Assembly: GCA_963799485.1 (NCBI GenBank)
Contig: CAWCXJ010000013.1
Span: 421,832 to 485,831 of the forward strand
DNA length: 64,000 nucleotides
Direction of reading: 5' to 3'
Source of the DNA: an uncultured Trueperaceae bacterium
GTDB taxonomy: Bacteria; Deinococcota; Deinococci; Deinococcales; Trueperaceae
Of the stretch, positions 11,032 to 21,175 are shown in pieces (position 1 is the first letter of the stretch; each line of letters starts with the position of its first letter). The translations under genes were made by a program, and so were the position numbers. The notes under the pieces are model-generated. The model was not told the origin of the DNA. It made no database searches and saw only the letters and a program-made list of their open reading frames with translations.

Positions 11032-12264
11032 TTACGCGACCTGAGGTTCGTACTCTTCTGACGTACCGGGTTCTTTGCTCGTTGCGGTAGCCGTGCTTGC
11101 GCTGCCTACGCCCAGCTCGGCAAAGCAGCGCGCGAGGCCGTCGGCCAACGCTGCCAGTGAAAACCGCGCCAGCGCCGCACGCCGCGCCGCCGTTCCCAGG
11201 GCCGCTGCCCGCTCGGGGTTCTCCAGCACCACCTTGATGGCGGCGGAGAGCGCCGCAACGTCGCCGGGCTCGACCATAAACCCGGTCTCCCCGTCATCGA
11301 TAATTTCCGGGATCGCGCCCGCGCGCGTGGCGACAACCGGTTTTTCTGAAAGCATTCCTTCGACGACAACCCGCCCGAACGGTTCGGCAGCGACCGAGGT
11401 GTGCGCGACGATATCGACGCACTGCATCAACTCGGGGACGTCACGCCTGAAACCCAAAAAGTGCACCCGGTTTTCCAGACCCAAACGCTGCACCTGTTCT
11501 CGCAGACACGCGGCGTAGGCGTCTTCACCGAAAAGCGCGTCACCAACGAGCAGCGCGTGAACGTCCGGCAGCTCGGTCAGGGCGTCAAGCAAAACGTGCT
11601 GGCCTTTCCATTCGGACAAGCGGCTGAAGACGCCGACGACCGGTGCGTCGCCGATACCAAGATCACGGCGCAGGTCACGGCGGAGGTCGGCAGCAGCGGT
11701 CGAGGCCTCGAGCTCGTAAGCAGCTACGTCGATACCGTTGTGAACGACCCGGACCTTACCGGCGCGCCCGCCACTCTCGACGAACGCGTCGGCTGTCGCC
11801 TGCGAGTTGGCGACGACGAGCGCCCCGGTAAGGTTGGCAAGCGCGATGACGAGCTTGCGGTTTGCGGCACTAAAATGTTCGGCGGTCAAAATATCGTGCA
11901 AGCACCAGACGATTGGTTTGCGCGACGTCAGCGCGGCAAGTGCGCCGACCGTAAAAGCCTTTTGCGAGTTGGCGAAGATAACCTCGAAGTCTGCCGCCGT
12001 GCGCGCGACTTTGCGGGCGAGCGCCAAGAGTTCGGACGCTACGCCGAGGCTTTTATAGCCTTTTGCCTCCCGCGTAACGCCCAAAAGCTTTTGGGGTGCC
12101 GCCATCACCTCGACGTCGGCCCCGGCGTTACGTAGACTTTCGGCAAAGGCACCTTCGGAAAAGAGCAGGGTTTTACTTCCGCGACCGTAGTGCTTTAGGT
12201 AATCCAGCAGGTACAGCTCAGCTCCCCCCAGAGCGGCGGCGTGGCTTAGGTACAGGGTTTTCAT
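11032..12264 (-). CDS. Glycosyltransferase family 4
   Basis: LGGAE, VHNGID, SRLSEWKGQH, EPFGRVVVEGM. Confidence 0.92.
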   Translation of the reverse strand: MKTLYLSHAAALGGAELYLLDYLKHYGRGSKTLLFSEGAFAESLRNAGADVEVMAAPQKLLGVTREAKGYKSLGVASELLALARKVARTAADFEVIFANSQKAFTVGALAALTSRKPIVWCLHDILTAEHFSAANRKLVIALANLTGALVVANSQATADAFVESGGRAGKVRVVHNGIDVAAYELEASTAAADLRRDLRRDLGIGDAPVVGVFSRLSEWKGQHVLLDALTELPDVHALLVGDALFGEDAYAACLREQVQRLGLENRVHFLGFRRDVPELMQCVDIVAHTSVAAEPFGRVVVEGMLSEKPVVATRAGAIPEIIDDGETGFMVEPGDVAALSAAIKVVLENPERAAALGTAARRAALARFSLAALADGLARCFAELGVGSASTATATSKEPGTSEEYEPQVA

Positions 12265-12786
12265 AAGTGCATCCTTTCAAGGGGGAAAGTCGGTCGGTAG
12301 CGTTCATAAACCGGGACGGTGTAAAACTTCTTGAAGCGTCAGCGTAAATACTTATGTGCATCATCGAACCGGCTGATTGATTACAACGAAACCGGTTCAA
12401 GCGGTAGCTTTTTTGCTTGAAAGCGTGGGTAGCTTTGCAGAATCAGCGGTAGAACTCACAGCAGAACAAGCGCGAGCAGGTGAGGCTCGAGCTTATAAAC
12501 CCTGTGCCCACGGCTGCATGTCAAGCGCCGTAGCTGTCGCGGTCTTGCTCGTCTTCGGTTGAAACCGGGAAGCTGCCCCCCCCACAAAACAAGAAGATGT
12601 TAAATATCACCAGCGCGGTTAGAAGTAAGAGAAGTCCAAGTGACATACCTCACACTAGGCGTTTGTGGAGGGCAGTGTCAATGCTCTAAAGGACAATACT
12701 CTTGGAGTACAAAACCCGTCCAGGACGGCACTTTTTGGACAGTGGCCTTGTTCGCAAAAAGGCTTAATTCTTTTCCAGAAAAAGGA

Positions 12787-15051
12787 CTACGCCTTTAGGG
12801 TTGGCGTAGGCTCGGTGAGTGTGGTAAGGAGTGCTTGGCTCAGCGACCGGGCGGCAGCCTTGTCTAAAAGCTGGTTGCCGTTGCCGCATTTGGGCGAGAG
12901 CACGCACCGCGGACACCCGCTCCGACACGGGCAACGCGTAAGCAGTTCATATGCCGCCTTCAGCCACCCGACAAACCTTGTCGCACCTTCTTTGGCGTAG
13001 CCTACACCACCGGGATAGCCGTCGTAAATAAAGATCGTCGGCAGACCGGTCGCAGGATACGCCGGATACGAGACGCCGCCCACGTCGGCACGTTCGCAGA
13101 GGACGAACGCGGGCAAGAGACCGATGAGGGTGTGCTCGAGCGCGTGAATAGCGCTCGGCAACAGGTTTGGCGGCACCGCCCCGGCGACGCCTGCAACCTC
13201 GAACCAGAGCGCCTGCGTCGGATACGAGGCGTCAGGCAGGTCTAGGGGACGTTCGTCTAGAATCGTCTCGTGGTAGAGGCGTTTACGCACATACGAGGTA
13301 AACGCGGTCGTCACCTGAACCCGGCCCGTGTGGACAGGGCCGAAGCGCTCGGCCTCGCTTAAGACCGTAACGTCGGTTTCGGAACGCACCTGCGTGTAGG
13401 TGTCCTCGAGGTGTGGCAGCAAAAATGCTTCGCCCTTTTCCAGATCCAGGTTACGCACAAGGTAGTTTTCGCCTTGATGCAAGTAGACCGCGCCCGGATG
13501 AAGCTCACGGAGCGCACTCACCCGGTCGGCCTCGCCCAAATTGCGCCCCGGGTTGTCACGCAGCTTGATACGCCCGCCACCCGTACCGCGCACGCTTAAG
13601 TTACGGTGCGGATAACTGCCCCGGTAGACCCAGCGTCCCCGGTAGGCCGTAAAACCCGCCAGCGACGCCAACGCCACCCCGCCGACGAGCGGCTCATGGG
13701 GCCCCAGCGGCCTTTCGACCGCCGCACACGCCAGATGCTTGGGGTGCAGTTCGGTATTAAAGGCGTCGGCGACCGCGTGTTCGGCGCGGCCTTCGGTGAT
13801 CATTTCAGGATGCGTAAGGTAATACTCGTCTAGCGGGTCACTGCCCGGAATGAGCAGTGTCAGGGCGCGCGTACCGCCCCGACCCGCACGTCCGGCGCGT
13901 TGCCAAAACGCCGTCAAAGACCCCGGATAACCGACCAACACAACCGCATCGACCCCGCCGATATCGACGCCCAACTCGAGCGCACTCGTCGCGGTCAAGA
14001 CAGTGATTCGCCCCGCCTTGAACGCCGCTTCGATATCCCGGCGGTCGCTGGCCTTGTAGCCGGCCCGGTAACTCGACAAACGCGCCTTCTCGTCGTCGGT
14101 CAAGCTTTCAGCCGCGTAACGGCGGAGCAGTTCGGCGGATTTGCGCGAGTTGCAAAAAAAGATACTCTTAAGCCCCGTTTTGACAAACAGCGCGGCAAGG
14201 TCGGCAGCTTCGGCGTGGGTGCTGCGGCGGCGCCCGTCTAACCCGGCCTGACCGGGCAGGTCGGGGGGACGCCAGAAGAGCAGTTCGCGTTCGGCGCGGG
14301 GGCCTTCGTCTTGGGTCACGGCCTCGAATGGGAGCCCGGTGAGGTTGTGGGCGTGCTCCGCCGGATTACCGATGGTCGCGCTTGCTGCCACGATCTGCGG
14401 CGACGCGCCGTAAAACCGGGCCAGCCGCAAAAGCCGCCGCACGATGTTGGCGACGTGCGTCCCCATCACGCCCCGGTAAGCGTGCAGCTCATCTAAAACG
14501 ATAAGCTCGAGGCTACCCAAGAACCGGGCCCAGCGCGCGTGGTGCGGCAAGATACCGTAGTGGAGCATGTCCGGGTTGGTCAAGATGCAGCGCGCGTGTT
14601 CGCGCACAGCCCGGCGCTGCTGAACAGGCGTATCCCCGTCGAACGTCGAGATAAAACCGCCCAGCCCCAACCCCTCGGCGAGACCCGTGAGTTTCTCCAA
14701 CTGGTCGAACGCCAGAGCCTTGGTCGGAAACAAGTAGAGCGCGTGTTTTTCGTGAGCGAGCGCGTCTAGGGTCGGGATTTGATAGCTGAGCGATTTTCCC
14801 GAAGCCGTCGGCGTCGCCACGACGACGTTACGCCCCGCTGCAGTGTGGCTGAGCGCCTCGGTCTGGTGCCGATAGGGAGAGATGCCAAGGTGCGCTAAAA
14901 GCGCCCTGTAACGCGCCGGTGCTGCGACCCGCTCGCCGGTAACGCGCCCCGGCAGAAAACCGAAAAACGCGATCTGGCCACGGTAGCCCGTTTGCGCGCC
15001 GAGCCAGCCGTGATACGAACGCCTTTGGGCAAGTGCGCCGGGAAGTTTCAT
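12787..15051 (-). CDS. DEAD/DEAH-box helicase with DUF1998 Zn-binding C-terminus (Hrq1/SftH/MrfA-like)
   Basis: TPTASGKS, DELH, SATIGNP, TSALELGVD, QRAGRAGR, and C-terminal CPCRSGCPRCVLSPKCGNGN. Confidence 0.92.
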   Translation of the reverse strand: MKLPGALAQRRSYHGWLGAQTGYRGQIAFFGFLPGRVTGERVAAPARYRALLAHLGISPYRHQTEALSHTAAGRNVVVATPTASGKSLSYQIPTLDALAHEKHALYLFPTKALAFDQLEKLTGLAEGLGLGGFISTFDGDTPVQQRRAVREHARCILTNPDMLHYGILPHHARWARFLGSLELIVLDELHAYRGVMGTHVANIVRRLLRLARFYGASPQIVAASATIGNPAEHAHNLTGLPFEAVTQDEGPRAERELLFWRPPDLPGQAGLDGRRRSTHAEAADLAALFVKTGLKSIFFCNSRKSAELLRRYAAESLTDDEKARLSSYRAGYKASDRRDIEAAFKAGRITVLTATSALELGVDIGGVDAVVLVGYPGSLTAFWQRAGRAGRGGTRALTLLIPGSDPLDEYYLTHPEMITEGRAEHAVADAFNTELHPKHLACAAVERPLGPHEPLVGGVALASLAGFTAYRGRWVYRGSYPHRNLSVRGTGGGRIKLRDNPGRNLGEADRVSALRELHPGAVYLHQGENYLVRNLDLEKGEAFLLPHLEDTYTQVRSETDVTVLSEAERFGPVHTGRVQVTTAFTSYVRKRLYHETILDERPLDLPDASYPTQALWFEVAGVAGAVPPNLLPSAIHALEHTLIGLLPAFVLCERADVGGVSYPAYPATGLPTIFIYDGYPGGVGYAKEGATRFVGWLKAAYELLTRCPCRSGCPRCVLSPKCGNGNQLLDKAAARSLSQALLTTLTEPTPTLKA

Positions 15052-15302
15052 CGCGCCCACAACTTCATCACGTTTACAAGCGTACCTCCCAGGAACACCC
15101 GGTACGGTTTTGCGGTGCAGGAAGAGGTGCACAGGTAAAACGACCGACCTCGAGCGGCGTTCCAGGGCCGCAAAGCAAATTGCAAATCGTGACCAAAGCT
15201 CAGCTTCGCTTTACCCTTATTAGGCAGACTTCGCTGGAACGGCCCGTAAAAAGGTGGCTCTCACAGCAGATTCTCACAGTGCTTTCCGGTCACGGAGGAC
15301 TG

Positions 15303-15311
15303 TGCTAGACT
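15303..15311 (+). promoter_or_regulatory. Extended -10 (TGcTAGACT) upstream of the GT2 gene; identical copy at 16624-16632 upstream of sqdB
   Basis: TGn-TAnnnT pattern placed 35-50 nt before both start codons. Confidence 0.5.
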
Positions 15312-15346
15312 CTGGTGTGCCATTTCCTCTAGGTCTCAACTAACTT

Positions 15347-16558
15347 ATGACGCTGTTTCTTACCTTGCTCTACGCGCTCGTGTTGCCCTATATCGGTTTG
15401 ATGCTGCTGGTGGTCGTGGGCCTTTTACGGCAGAGCGCCCGCCCGCAAAACACTGAGGCACTCTCTGTCAGCGTGATTATTCCGGCGCATAACGAAGAGT
15501 CTAAGCTCGCGGCGACGCTCGCCTCGCTCAGCAAGCAGAGATATGAGGGAGCGCTCGAGTTCGTCATCGTCAACGACCGCTCAACCGACGCGACCGAAGC
15601 GATTATCGAAGGTTTTGTCCAGCAAGACGCGCGTTTTCGTCTCGTCAACGTCTATCTGCCGAGCCGCCGCTTGTCGCCTAAAGTCAACGCCGTCAACACC
15701 GGCATTCAGGCGTCTTGCGGCGAGATTATCCTGACTTCGGACGCCGACTGCCAGTACCCCGAAACGTGGGTCGCGGGCATGGTCTCGCACTTCGCCCCGG
15801 ATGTGGCGATGGTCGTGGGGTACGTCGAGAGTACCAGAGCGAATGACGGCTCGAGCGCGGTGCAGCGTTTTGAATCGACCGACTGGTTGTCCCTCATGAT
15901 GACCTCGATGGCGCTGACGCACTTCGGCTGGAAGTTCGCCTCGAGTGCCAATAATCAGGGCTACCGCCGCAGCGCTTTTGTCGAGATCGGCGGTTTCGGC
16001 GCGTCGGGCCGCGCCCCTTCCGGCGACGAAGACCTCCTCACGCAGCGGATGGGCAGGCTCCAAAAAGACCGGATCGTCTTTGCCAACACCCCCGACATCC
16101 GCGTCTACACCCAACCGATGCAGGGCGTTTACGCGCTGCTGAATCAGCGCCGCCGCTGGGTCAGCCGCTACTTTCACATCATGCACTACCACCCGGCCTT
16201 TTTTGCGGCGATTTCGGTGTTGGGCGCGCAGAGCATCGTGCTGAGTCTGGGCGTCGTGCTGGCCTTTTTCAACCCGGCCCTGATGCCTTGGGTGTTCGGG
16301 CTCTGGGGCGCGAAACTGACCGTCGAAGTTCTAGGCATGCATTTGGGCGAACGGCTGATGGGGCGGCGCGACCTGGGCGGTCTCAACACCGTTACTTGGG
16401 CAGTGCTGCACCCGTTTTTTATCGCTACGGTGGCGCTCTGGGCGTTTATCAAATCCGGCGAGTGGAAAGCGGGCGCGCAGAGCTACCGCCGCCGCTTCGT
16501 CAAGCGGCAGTGGCGCGAATGGCTCCGCAAAGTACGTGGGGGCGGCAGTATTCTTTAG
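15347..16558 (+). CDS. Membrane glycosyltransferase family 2
   Basis: SVIIPAHNEE, DRSTD, DADC, GDED, QRRRW; N- and C-terminal TM helices. Confidence 0.9.
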   Translation: MTLFLTLLYALVLPYIGLMLLVVVGLLRQSARPQNTEALSVSVIIPAHNEESKLAATLASLSKQRYEGALEFVIVNDRSTDATEAIIEGFVQQDARFRLVNVYLPSRRLSPKVNAVNTGIQASCGEIILTSDADCQYPETWVAGMVSHFAPDVAMVVGYVESTRANDGSSAVQRFESTDWLSLMMTSMALTHFGWKFASSANNQGYRRSAFVEIGGFGASGRAPSGDEDLLTQRMGRLQKDRIVFANTPDIRVYTQPMQGVYALLNQRRRWVSRYFHIMHYHPAFFAAISVLGAQSIVLSLGVVLAFFNPALMPWVFGLWGAKLTVEVLGMHLGERLMGRRDLGGLNTVTWAVLHPFFIATVALWAFIKSGEWKAGAQSYRRRFVKRQWREWLRKVRGGGSIL

Positions 16559-16572
16559 CTTTTAACTGTACT

Positions 16573-16595
16573 CGAGCCGGACGGCTCGCTTTTTT
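16573..16595 (+). terminator. Rho-independent terminator
   Basis: CGAGCCG-GA-CGGCTCG followed by CTTTTTT. Confidence 0.7.
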
Positions 16596-16680
16596 GCCTG
16601 AGCGTTTTACGGCGAGCCTGAAGTGCTAGACTGTTCGGTACTTCACAGGGGCTTATGCACCTAACGTTTACGGAGGCATC

Positions 16681-17916
16681 ATGAAAGTTTTTATTTTAGG
16701 CGGTGACGGTTTTTGCGGCTGGCCGACCTCACTGCACCTGTCGAACCTCGGTCACGAGGTCGTCATTATCGACAATCTGTCGCGGCGCAACATCGACAAC
16801 GAACTCGGCGCGACCTCACTCACCCCTATCTTGCCTATCGACAAACGCATCGCGGCGTGGAAAGAAGTCTCAGGTTACGAGTTGGGCTATTACAATCTCA
16901 ACCTGGCGACCGAGTACGAACGCTTTTTGGGAGTTTTAGAAGCTGAACAGCCCGACGCCATCGTGCATTTTGCCGAACAACGGGCCGCACCCTATTCGAT
17001 GAAGTCGCCAAGGCACAAACGCTACACCGTCGATAACAACGTCAGCGCGACGCACAACGTCCTCTGCGCGGTCGTCGAGTCGGGGCTGGACGTTCACATC
17101 GCGCACTTGGGCACGATGGGCGTGTACGGTTACGGCACCGCCGGGATGAAAATTCCGGAGGGCTACTTAGACGTCGAGGTCGTGACAGAAACCGGCGAGC
17201 GGGTCCAGCAGCAGATTCTCTACCCGACGAATCCGGGCAGCGTCTACCACATGACCAAAACACAAGACCAGCTCTTGTTTGCCTTTTACAACAAAAACGA
17301 CGGCGTGCGCGTCACCGATTTGCATCAGGGTATCGTTTGGGGAACAAATACAAAAGAGACGGCCCGCGACGAACGCCTCGTCAACCGCTTCGATTACGAC
17401 GGCGATTACGGCACCGTCCTAAACCGCTTTTTGATGCAGGCCGCCGTCGGTTATCCGCTGACGGTTCACGGGACGGGCGGACAGACGCGGGCCTTCATTC
17501 ATATTCAGGACACCGTGCGCTGCGTCGAGCTGGCGCTGACGCACCCACCCGCTGCGGGTGAGCGCGTCCGCATCCTCAACCAGATGACCGAAACCCACAA
17601 GGTACGCGACCTGGCGCAGCTCGTCGCCAAACTCACGGGCGGTGAGGTGGCAATGGTGCCGAACCCGCGCAAAGAGTCACCGGAAAACGAGCTGCACGTC
17701 AAAAACGACCTGTTTTTGGATATGGGCCTCAACCCGACGACGCTTTCCGAGGGACTTTTACTGGAAGTCACCGAGATTGCCAAAAAGTATGCGGACAGGG
17801 CCGACCTGAAGAAGATTCCGGCGACGTCTTTGTGGACAAAAGCACAACAAGCGGGCATCCCCGCGGCGGGGGTACCGGAAGGTGTTGCCGAGGAGAAGCT
17901 CGAGCCCGCCTCCTGA
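16681..17916 (+). CDS. sqdB: UDP-sulfoquinovose synthase
   Basis: GGDGFCGWP, HFAEQRAAPYSMKS, HLGTMGVYG, PGSVYHMTK, TDLHQGIVWG, RFDYDGDYGTVLNRF; GGAGG SD. Confidence 0.96.
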   Translation: MKVFILGGDGFCGWPTSLHLSNLGHEVVIIDNLSRRNIDNELGATSLTPILPIDKRIAAWKEVSGYELGYYNLNLATEYERFLGVLEAEQPDAIVHFAEQRAAPYSMKSPRHKRYTVDNNVSATHNVLCAVVESGLDVHIAHLGTMGVYGYGTAGMKIPEGYLDVEVVTETGERVQQQILYPTNPGSVYHMTKTQDQLLFAFYNKNDGVRVTDLHQGIVWGTNTKETARDERLVNRFDYDGDYGTVLNRFLMQAAVGYPLTVHGTGGQTRAFIHIQDTVRCVELALTHPPAAGERVRILNQMTETHKVRDLAQLVAKLTGGEVAMVPNPRKESPENELHVKNDLFLDMGLNPTTLSEGLLLEVTEIAKKYADRADLKKIPATSLWTKAQQAGIPAAGVPEGVAEEKLEPAS

Positions 17917-18090
17917 GAGTTACAAAACACAGCTAAAAAGCTTTGAGCAAGGCGGTCAGAAATTGAGGTCGCCTTTTTCAGAACGTAACCACGAACAAGC
18001 TTCCTAGACGCTGGGGTCTCCTCCACTAAATGGAGCGTATCAGCGGATTCGGCGGCGGAAACAAGGCAAAAGTTTGCCAGCTTTTATAAG

Positions 18091-18120
18091 TTGACAATGA
18101 GAAGCCTGAGATGCTAGAAT
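18091..18120 (+). promoter_or_regulatory. Sigma70-type promoter
   Basis: TTGACA-18 nt-TAGAAT with TG extension, upstream of the lipoprotein gene. Confidence 0.7.
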
Positions 18121-18168
18121 CAGCGCGGTTAACCAGAAAATTCAGCTTGCTGGTCTTATGGAGAAGAG

Positions 18169-18690
18169 ATGAGTAAGCGTTACTTGACAATTCTGGCTTT
18201 TGTGGTTGTGACAGGTTTTGGCTTGACAGCATGTAGTAACGAAAGCTCTGACGGTGTAAGCAACAACACCCGTGCATACGTTCACTCTGCAGACACCCAT
18301 CCCTGTCTCAGCGTGGCAGTAGTGACACCCGATGTACTTATTGGGATTGAAACGACAGTTCGTGTAGACGTCAACAACCGTTGTAACGAAGCAACCACCT
18401 ACGAAAGCTCCGGCCCTCCTTACTCCCTAGCACTTGTTCGTGACGACAATAAGGTGGTCTGGTATACGCCATCAGAGCCTGTCACCGCAATTCTTCTTGA
18501 GTACACCGTAGAGGGAAACGGAACCACATCCTATGATGTACCTGCGCTGCTCTCAGCCGATACTGTATCTCCTGGAAACTACAAGATGATCGCCAACCTT
18601 TTTGTTCATCAGATAGACCCGGACGCAACGCAGTATGAAAAGCCTTTAAGGCTCGAGTCAGAACCGCAAAACGTCGATGTAAGCCTGTAA
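18169..18690 (+). CDS. Lipoprotein of unknown function (beta-sandwich; BsuPI-like resemblance uncertain)
   Basis: Signal peptide with lipobox LTAC; GGAG SD; own promoter and terminator. Confidence 0.75.
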   Translation: MSKRYLTILAFVVVTGFGLTACSNESSDGVSNNTRAYVHSADTHPCLSVAVVTPDVLIGIETTVRVDVNNRCNEATTYESSGPPYSLALVRDDNKVVWYTPSEPVTAILLEYTVEGNGTTSYDVPALLSADTVSPGNYKMIANLFVHQIDPDATQYEKPLRLESEPQNVDVSL

Positions 18691-18698
18691 ACCAACGT

Positions 18699-18732
18699 AA
18701 CCCTCGAGCCACAAACTTAAGGCTCGAGGGTT
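18699..18732 (+). terminator. Hairpin / probable terminator
   Basis: AACCCTCGAGCC..GGCTCGAGGGTT, a 12-bp stem. Confidence 0.65.
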
Positions 18733-18798
18733 TGTATTAGCTTTAAGCCACATCTAAGCAAACCGCCAGTAATAAGGCATCTCTGGTACGCTAACCCT

Positions 18799-19944
18799 GT
18801 GCGCGTCGCCTACTTTACCGAAACCTTCTTGCCCAAAATCGACGGCATCGTCACCCGGTTGATGCGGACGTTGGAACAGCTCCGGGCTTTAGGTCACGAA
18901 GCCATCATCTTCGCACCGCAAAACCCACCGGATACGTTTTCAGGCTTTCCTGTCATCAAGGTGCCGGCGGTGCCCTTCTATCCGTGGTACCCCGAACTCT
19001 TTTTGGGTCTCCCCCGCCCCCGCCTGGGCCGCGAATTAGACCGTTTCAAACCCGATATCGTGCATGTGGTCAATCCAGTCATTTTGGGCATGTGGGGCAC
19101 GGCAATTGCCAAACAGCGCAACCTGCCGCTCCTGGCGAGTTTTCACACCGACCTGCCGCACTACGTCGAACACCTCAACCTGGGATTTCTCAAACCGCTG
19201 TCGCACACCTGGATTCGGGACGTTCACAACCAGGCGCACGTCAACCTCTGCACCAGTCAGCCGATGGTCAATTCGGCGCAGGGCCTCGGCATCGAAAGGG
19301 TACGGCTCTGGCCCAAAGCGGTCGATACGGTGCGCTACACCCCGAATAACAGGTCTTCGGCGATGCGTTTGCGGTTGTCGGAGGGGCAGCCGGAGCTGCC
19401 GCTAATGGTCTACGTCGGACGGTTATCGTTTGAAAAACGGCTCGACTGGCTTTACGCGCCCATCACCAAGCTTCCGGGGGTGCGGTTGGCGTTTGTCGGG
19501 TCAGGCCCGGCAGAGCGTGCACTGCGTGAACAGTTTGCCGGAACGCCGACCGTTTTTACGGGCTACATGAGCGGCGACGAGCTGGCTCAGGCTTACGCCT
19601 CGGCGGACGTGTTCGCTTTTCCGTCCGACACTGAAACACTCGGCTTTGTGGCGATGGAGGCGATGGCTTCGGGTGTGCCGGTCGTCGGGGCGCGGGCCGG
19701 CGGCATCCCGGATGTCATCGACGAGGGTCAGAACGGTTTGATGTTCACGCCCGGCGACCTCGGCGATCTGACTGAAAAGCTCCGCACGCTGCTCTTCGAC
19801 ACAGAACGCCGTAAAACGTTCGGGGAACGCTCACGCACTGAGATGGAACGCTGGAGCTGGCGCGCGTCAACTAAAAGACTGCTCGCGTACTACGCGCTGG
19901 CGCAAACGATTCACCGCCGCTACGACCCGCCGAGCAAGTACTGA
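18799..19944 (+). CDS. sqdX: GT4 glycosyltransferase, probable sulfoquinovosyltransferase (SqdX/SQD2-like)
   Basis: FTETFLPKIDGIVTRL, SFHTDLP, HNQAHVNLCTS, YASADVFAFPSDTETLG; close to sqdB; leaderless layout TACGCT-6 nt-GTG. Confidence 0.85.
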   Translation: MRVAYFTETFLPKIDGIVTRLMRTLEQLRALGHEAIIFAPQNPPDTFSGFPVIKVPAVPFYPWYPELFLGLPRPRLGRELDRFKPDIVHVVNPVILGMWGTAIAKQRNLPLLASFHTDLPHYVEHLNLGFLKPLSHTWIRDVHNQAHVNLCTSQPMVNSAQGLGIERVRLWPKAVDTVRYTPNNRSSAMRLRLSEGQPELPLMVYVGRLSFEKRLDWLYAPITKLPGVRLAFVGSGPAERALREQFAGTPTVFTGYMSGDELAQAYASADVFAFPSDTETLGFVAMEAMASGVPVVGARAGGIPDVIDEGQNGLMFTPGDLGDLTEKLRTLLFDTERRKTFGERSRTEMERWSWRASTKRLLAYYALAQTIHRRYDPPSKY

Positions 19945-20081
19945 GCGGCAAGCGACGTTGCTTTAGCTGTAACCACGCCGAGACGTCAGCTGCGCCGCGC
20001 GCCTGTAGTTAGCTGCTAAGCATAGCCAAACGGTTTCGACACCTGATTCGCGCCACTGCAGGAATGCAGTAGCATGGGGCC

Positions 20082-20975
20082 ATGACTGTCCGACCGTTTG
20101 AAAACCGAGACTTGCCGGGACTTCTAGAGTTACTTAAAACCCAAGATGAAAGGTCGTCGCAGCGCAGCATGACGCCCGAAAGCCGGAGTATCGAAGAATT
20201 GGCGCTCGAGCTAGGTGAACTCAGCCCCTACACCGAGATGGTGCCTTTGGTCTTGGAACATGAGGGCCGGGTCGCCGCCTACGTCGCGTTATGCAACTAC
20301 GAAGGCGAAGTCTTTTTAGAGGGGCCGCTGCTGCATCCTGAACTCGAGGTCGATGCGGATTCGCTGCTCGCGCAAATCATCAGCGAGGCCGGGGAGCGCG
20401 GCTACAGCTACCTCGAGGCGTTTATCGACGAGGCGAACCGGCGCGTCCAGGACGCGCTCGTCAAAAGCGGTTTCGAACCGTTCCACACGACCTATATCTA
20501 CGAATTTCGGCGCGACACGCCGCTCAAACCACTAAGCCCAAGTCAGTTTCGTTTCGAGGTCAGTAAAGAGATCGACGTGGGGCTTTACCGTGACCTCTAC
20601 CGGGATACGAGCGACAATTGGGCGACGCGGCTGGCATGGTTCGACGAAGACCTGCAAGAACGCTTTAACGACCCTCAGGTCAGCCTGACGGTCGTTTACG
20701 AAGCAGATGCACCCGTGGGACACCTCGAGCTTGAACGTCTACCCGAAGAAGGCTACGCCGAAATCGCCTATTTTGGGGTGCTGCCTGCTGCGCGCGGCAA
20801 AAAGCTGGGCCGCGAACTCTTATTGCACGCGCTGCACGACGCGCTGCAAAATGAGAGCGTCGAAATCGTTTTGGCACGCGCCCACGACGATGAACGCTCG
20901 GCGTCGTTTGCGCTCGAGGCCGTCGGTTTTAGGCTCTCACACGGGGTGGTGTCGTATACGCGCGAGCTGGCTTAG
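20082..20975 (+). CDS. Tandem GNAT-family acetyltransferase
   Basis: Two GNAT-like halves; C-terminal YFGVLPAARGKKLGRELL. Confidence 0.85.
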   Translation: MTVRPFENRDLPGLLELLKTQDERSSQRSMTPESRSIEELALELGELSPYTEMVPLVLEHEGRVAAYVALCNYEGEVFLEGPLLHPELEVDADSLLAQIISEAGERGYSYLEAFIDEANRRVQDALVKSGFEPFHTTYIYEFRRDTPLKPLSPSQFRFEVSKEIDVGLYRDLYRDTSDNWATRLAWFDEDLQERFNDPQVSLTVVYEADAPVGHLELERLPEEGYAEIAYFGVLPAARGKKLGRELLLHALHDALQNESVEIVLARAHDDERSASFALEAVGFRLSHGVVSYTRELA

Positions 20976-20977
20976 TC

Positions 20978-21175
20978 CTACAGTTGCAGATGGCGCTTTT
21001 GCCGCCTGAAACGAGCGTGTCTCGCCTGGACCCGATGCCGCCGCCACCACGACCGAGCCAGAACAAACTGCGAGTCCAGCCTGCCATGCCAGAACAGCAG
21101 ACACGGCAAATGCCACACCTCCGGCACACTCAGCGCGATCAAGCCATCGTTTGGGATGCTCCTTTTTAGCCTCAC
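20978..21175 (-). mobile_element. IS701-family 3' remnant
   Basis: LIALSVPEV..VLARSWWRR..HLQL resembles the IS701 tail at 36497-36630; the end TACAGTTGCAG resembles the IS701 IR at 35351. Confidence 0.65.

Noticed and set aside
12265..12786. Possible ncRNA in long intergenic regions (also 8835-9217 and 30479-30744)
   Set aside because: I could not identify a convincing conserved structure or motif by eye; an Rfam/Infernal scan would be needed
12787..15051. DUF1998 helicase as part of a DISARM/Druantia-type defence system
   Set aside because: No methylase, phospholipase D or other partner genes are adjacent; it fits a stand-alone Hrq1/SftH-type repair helicase
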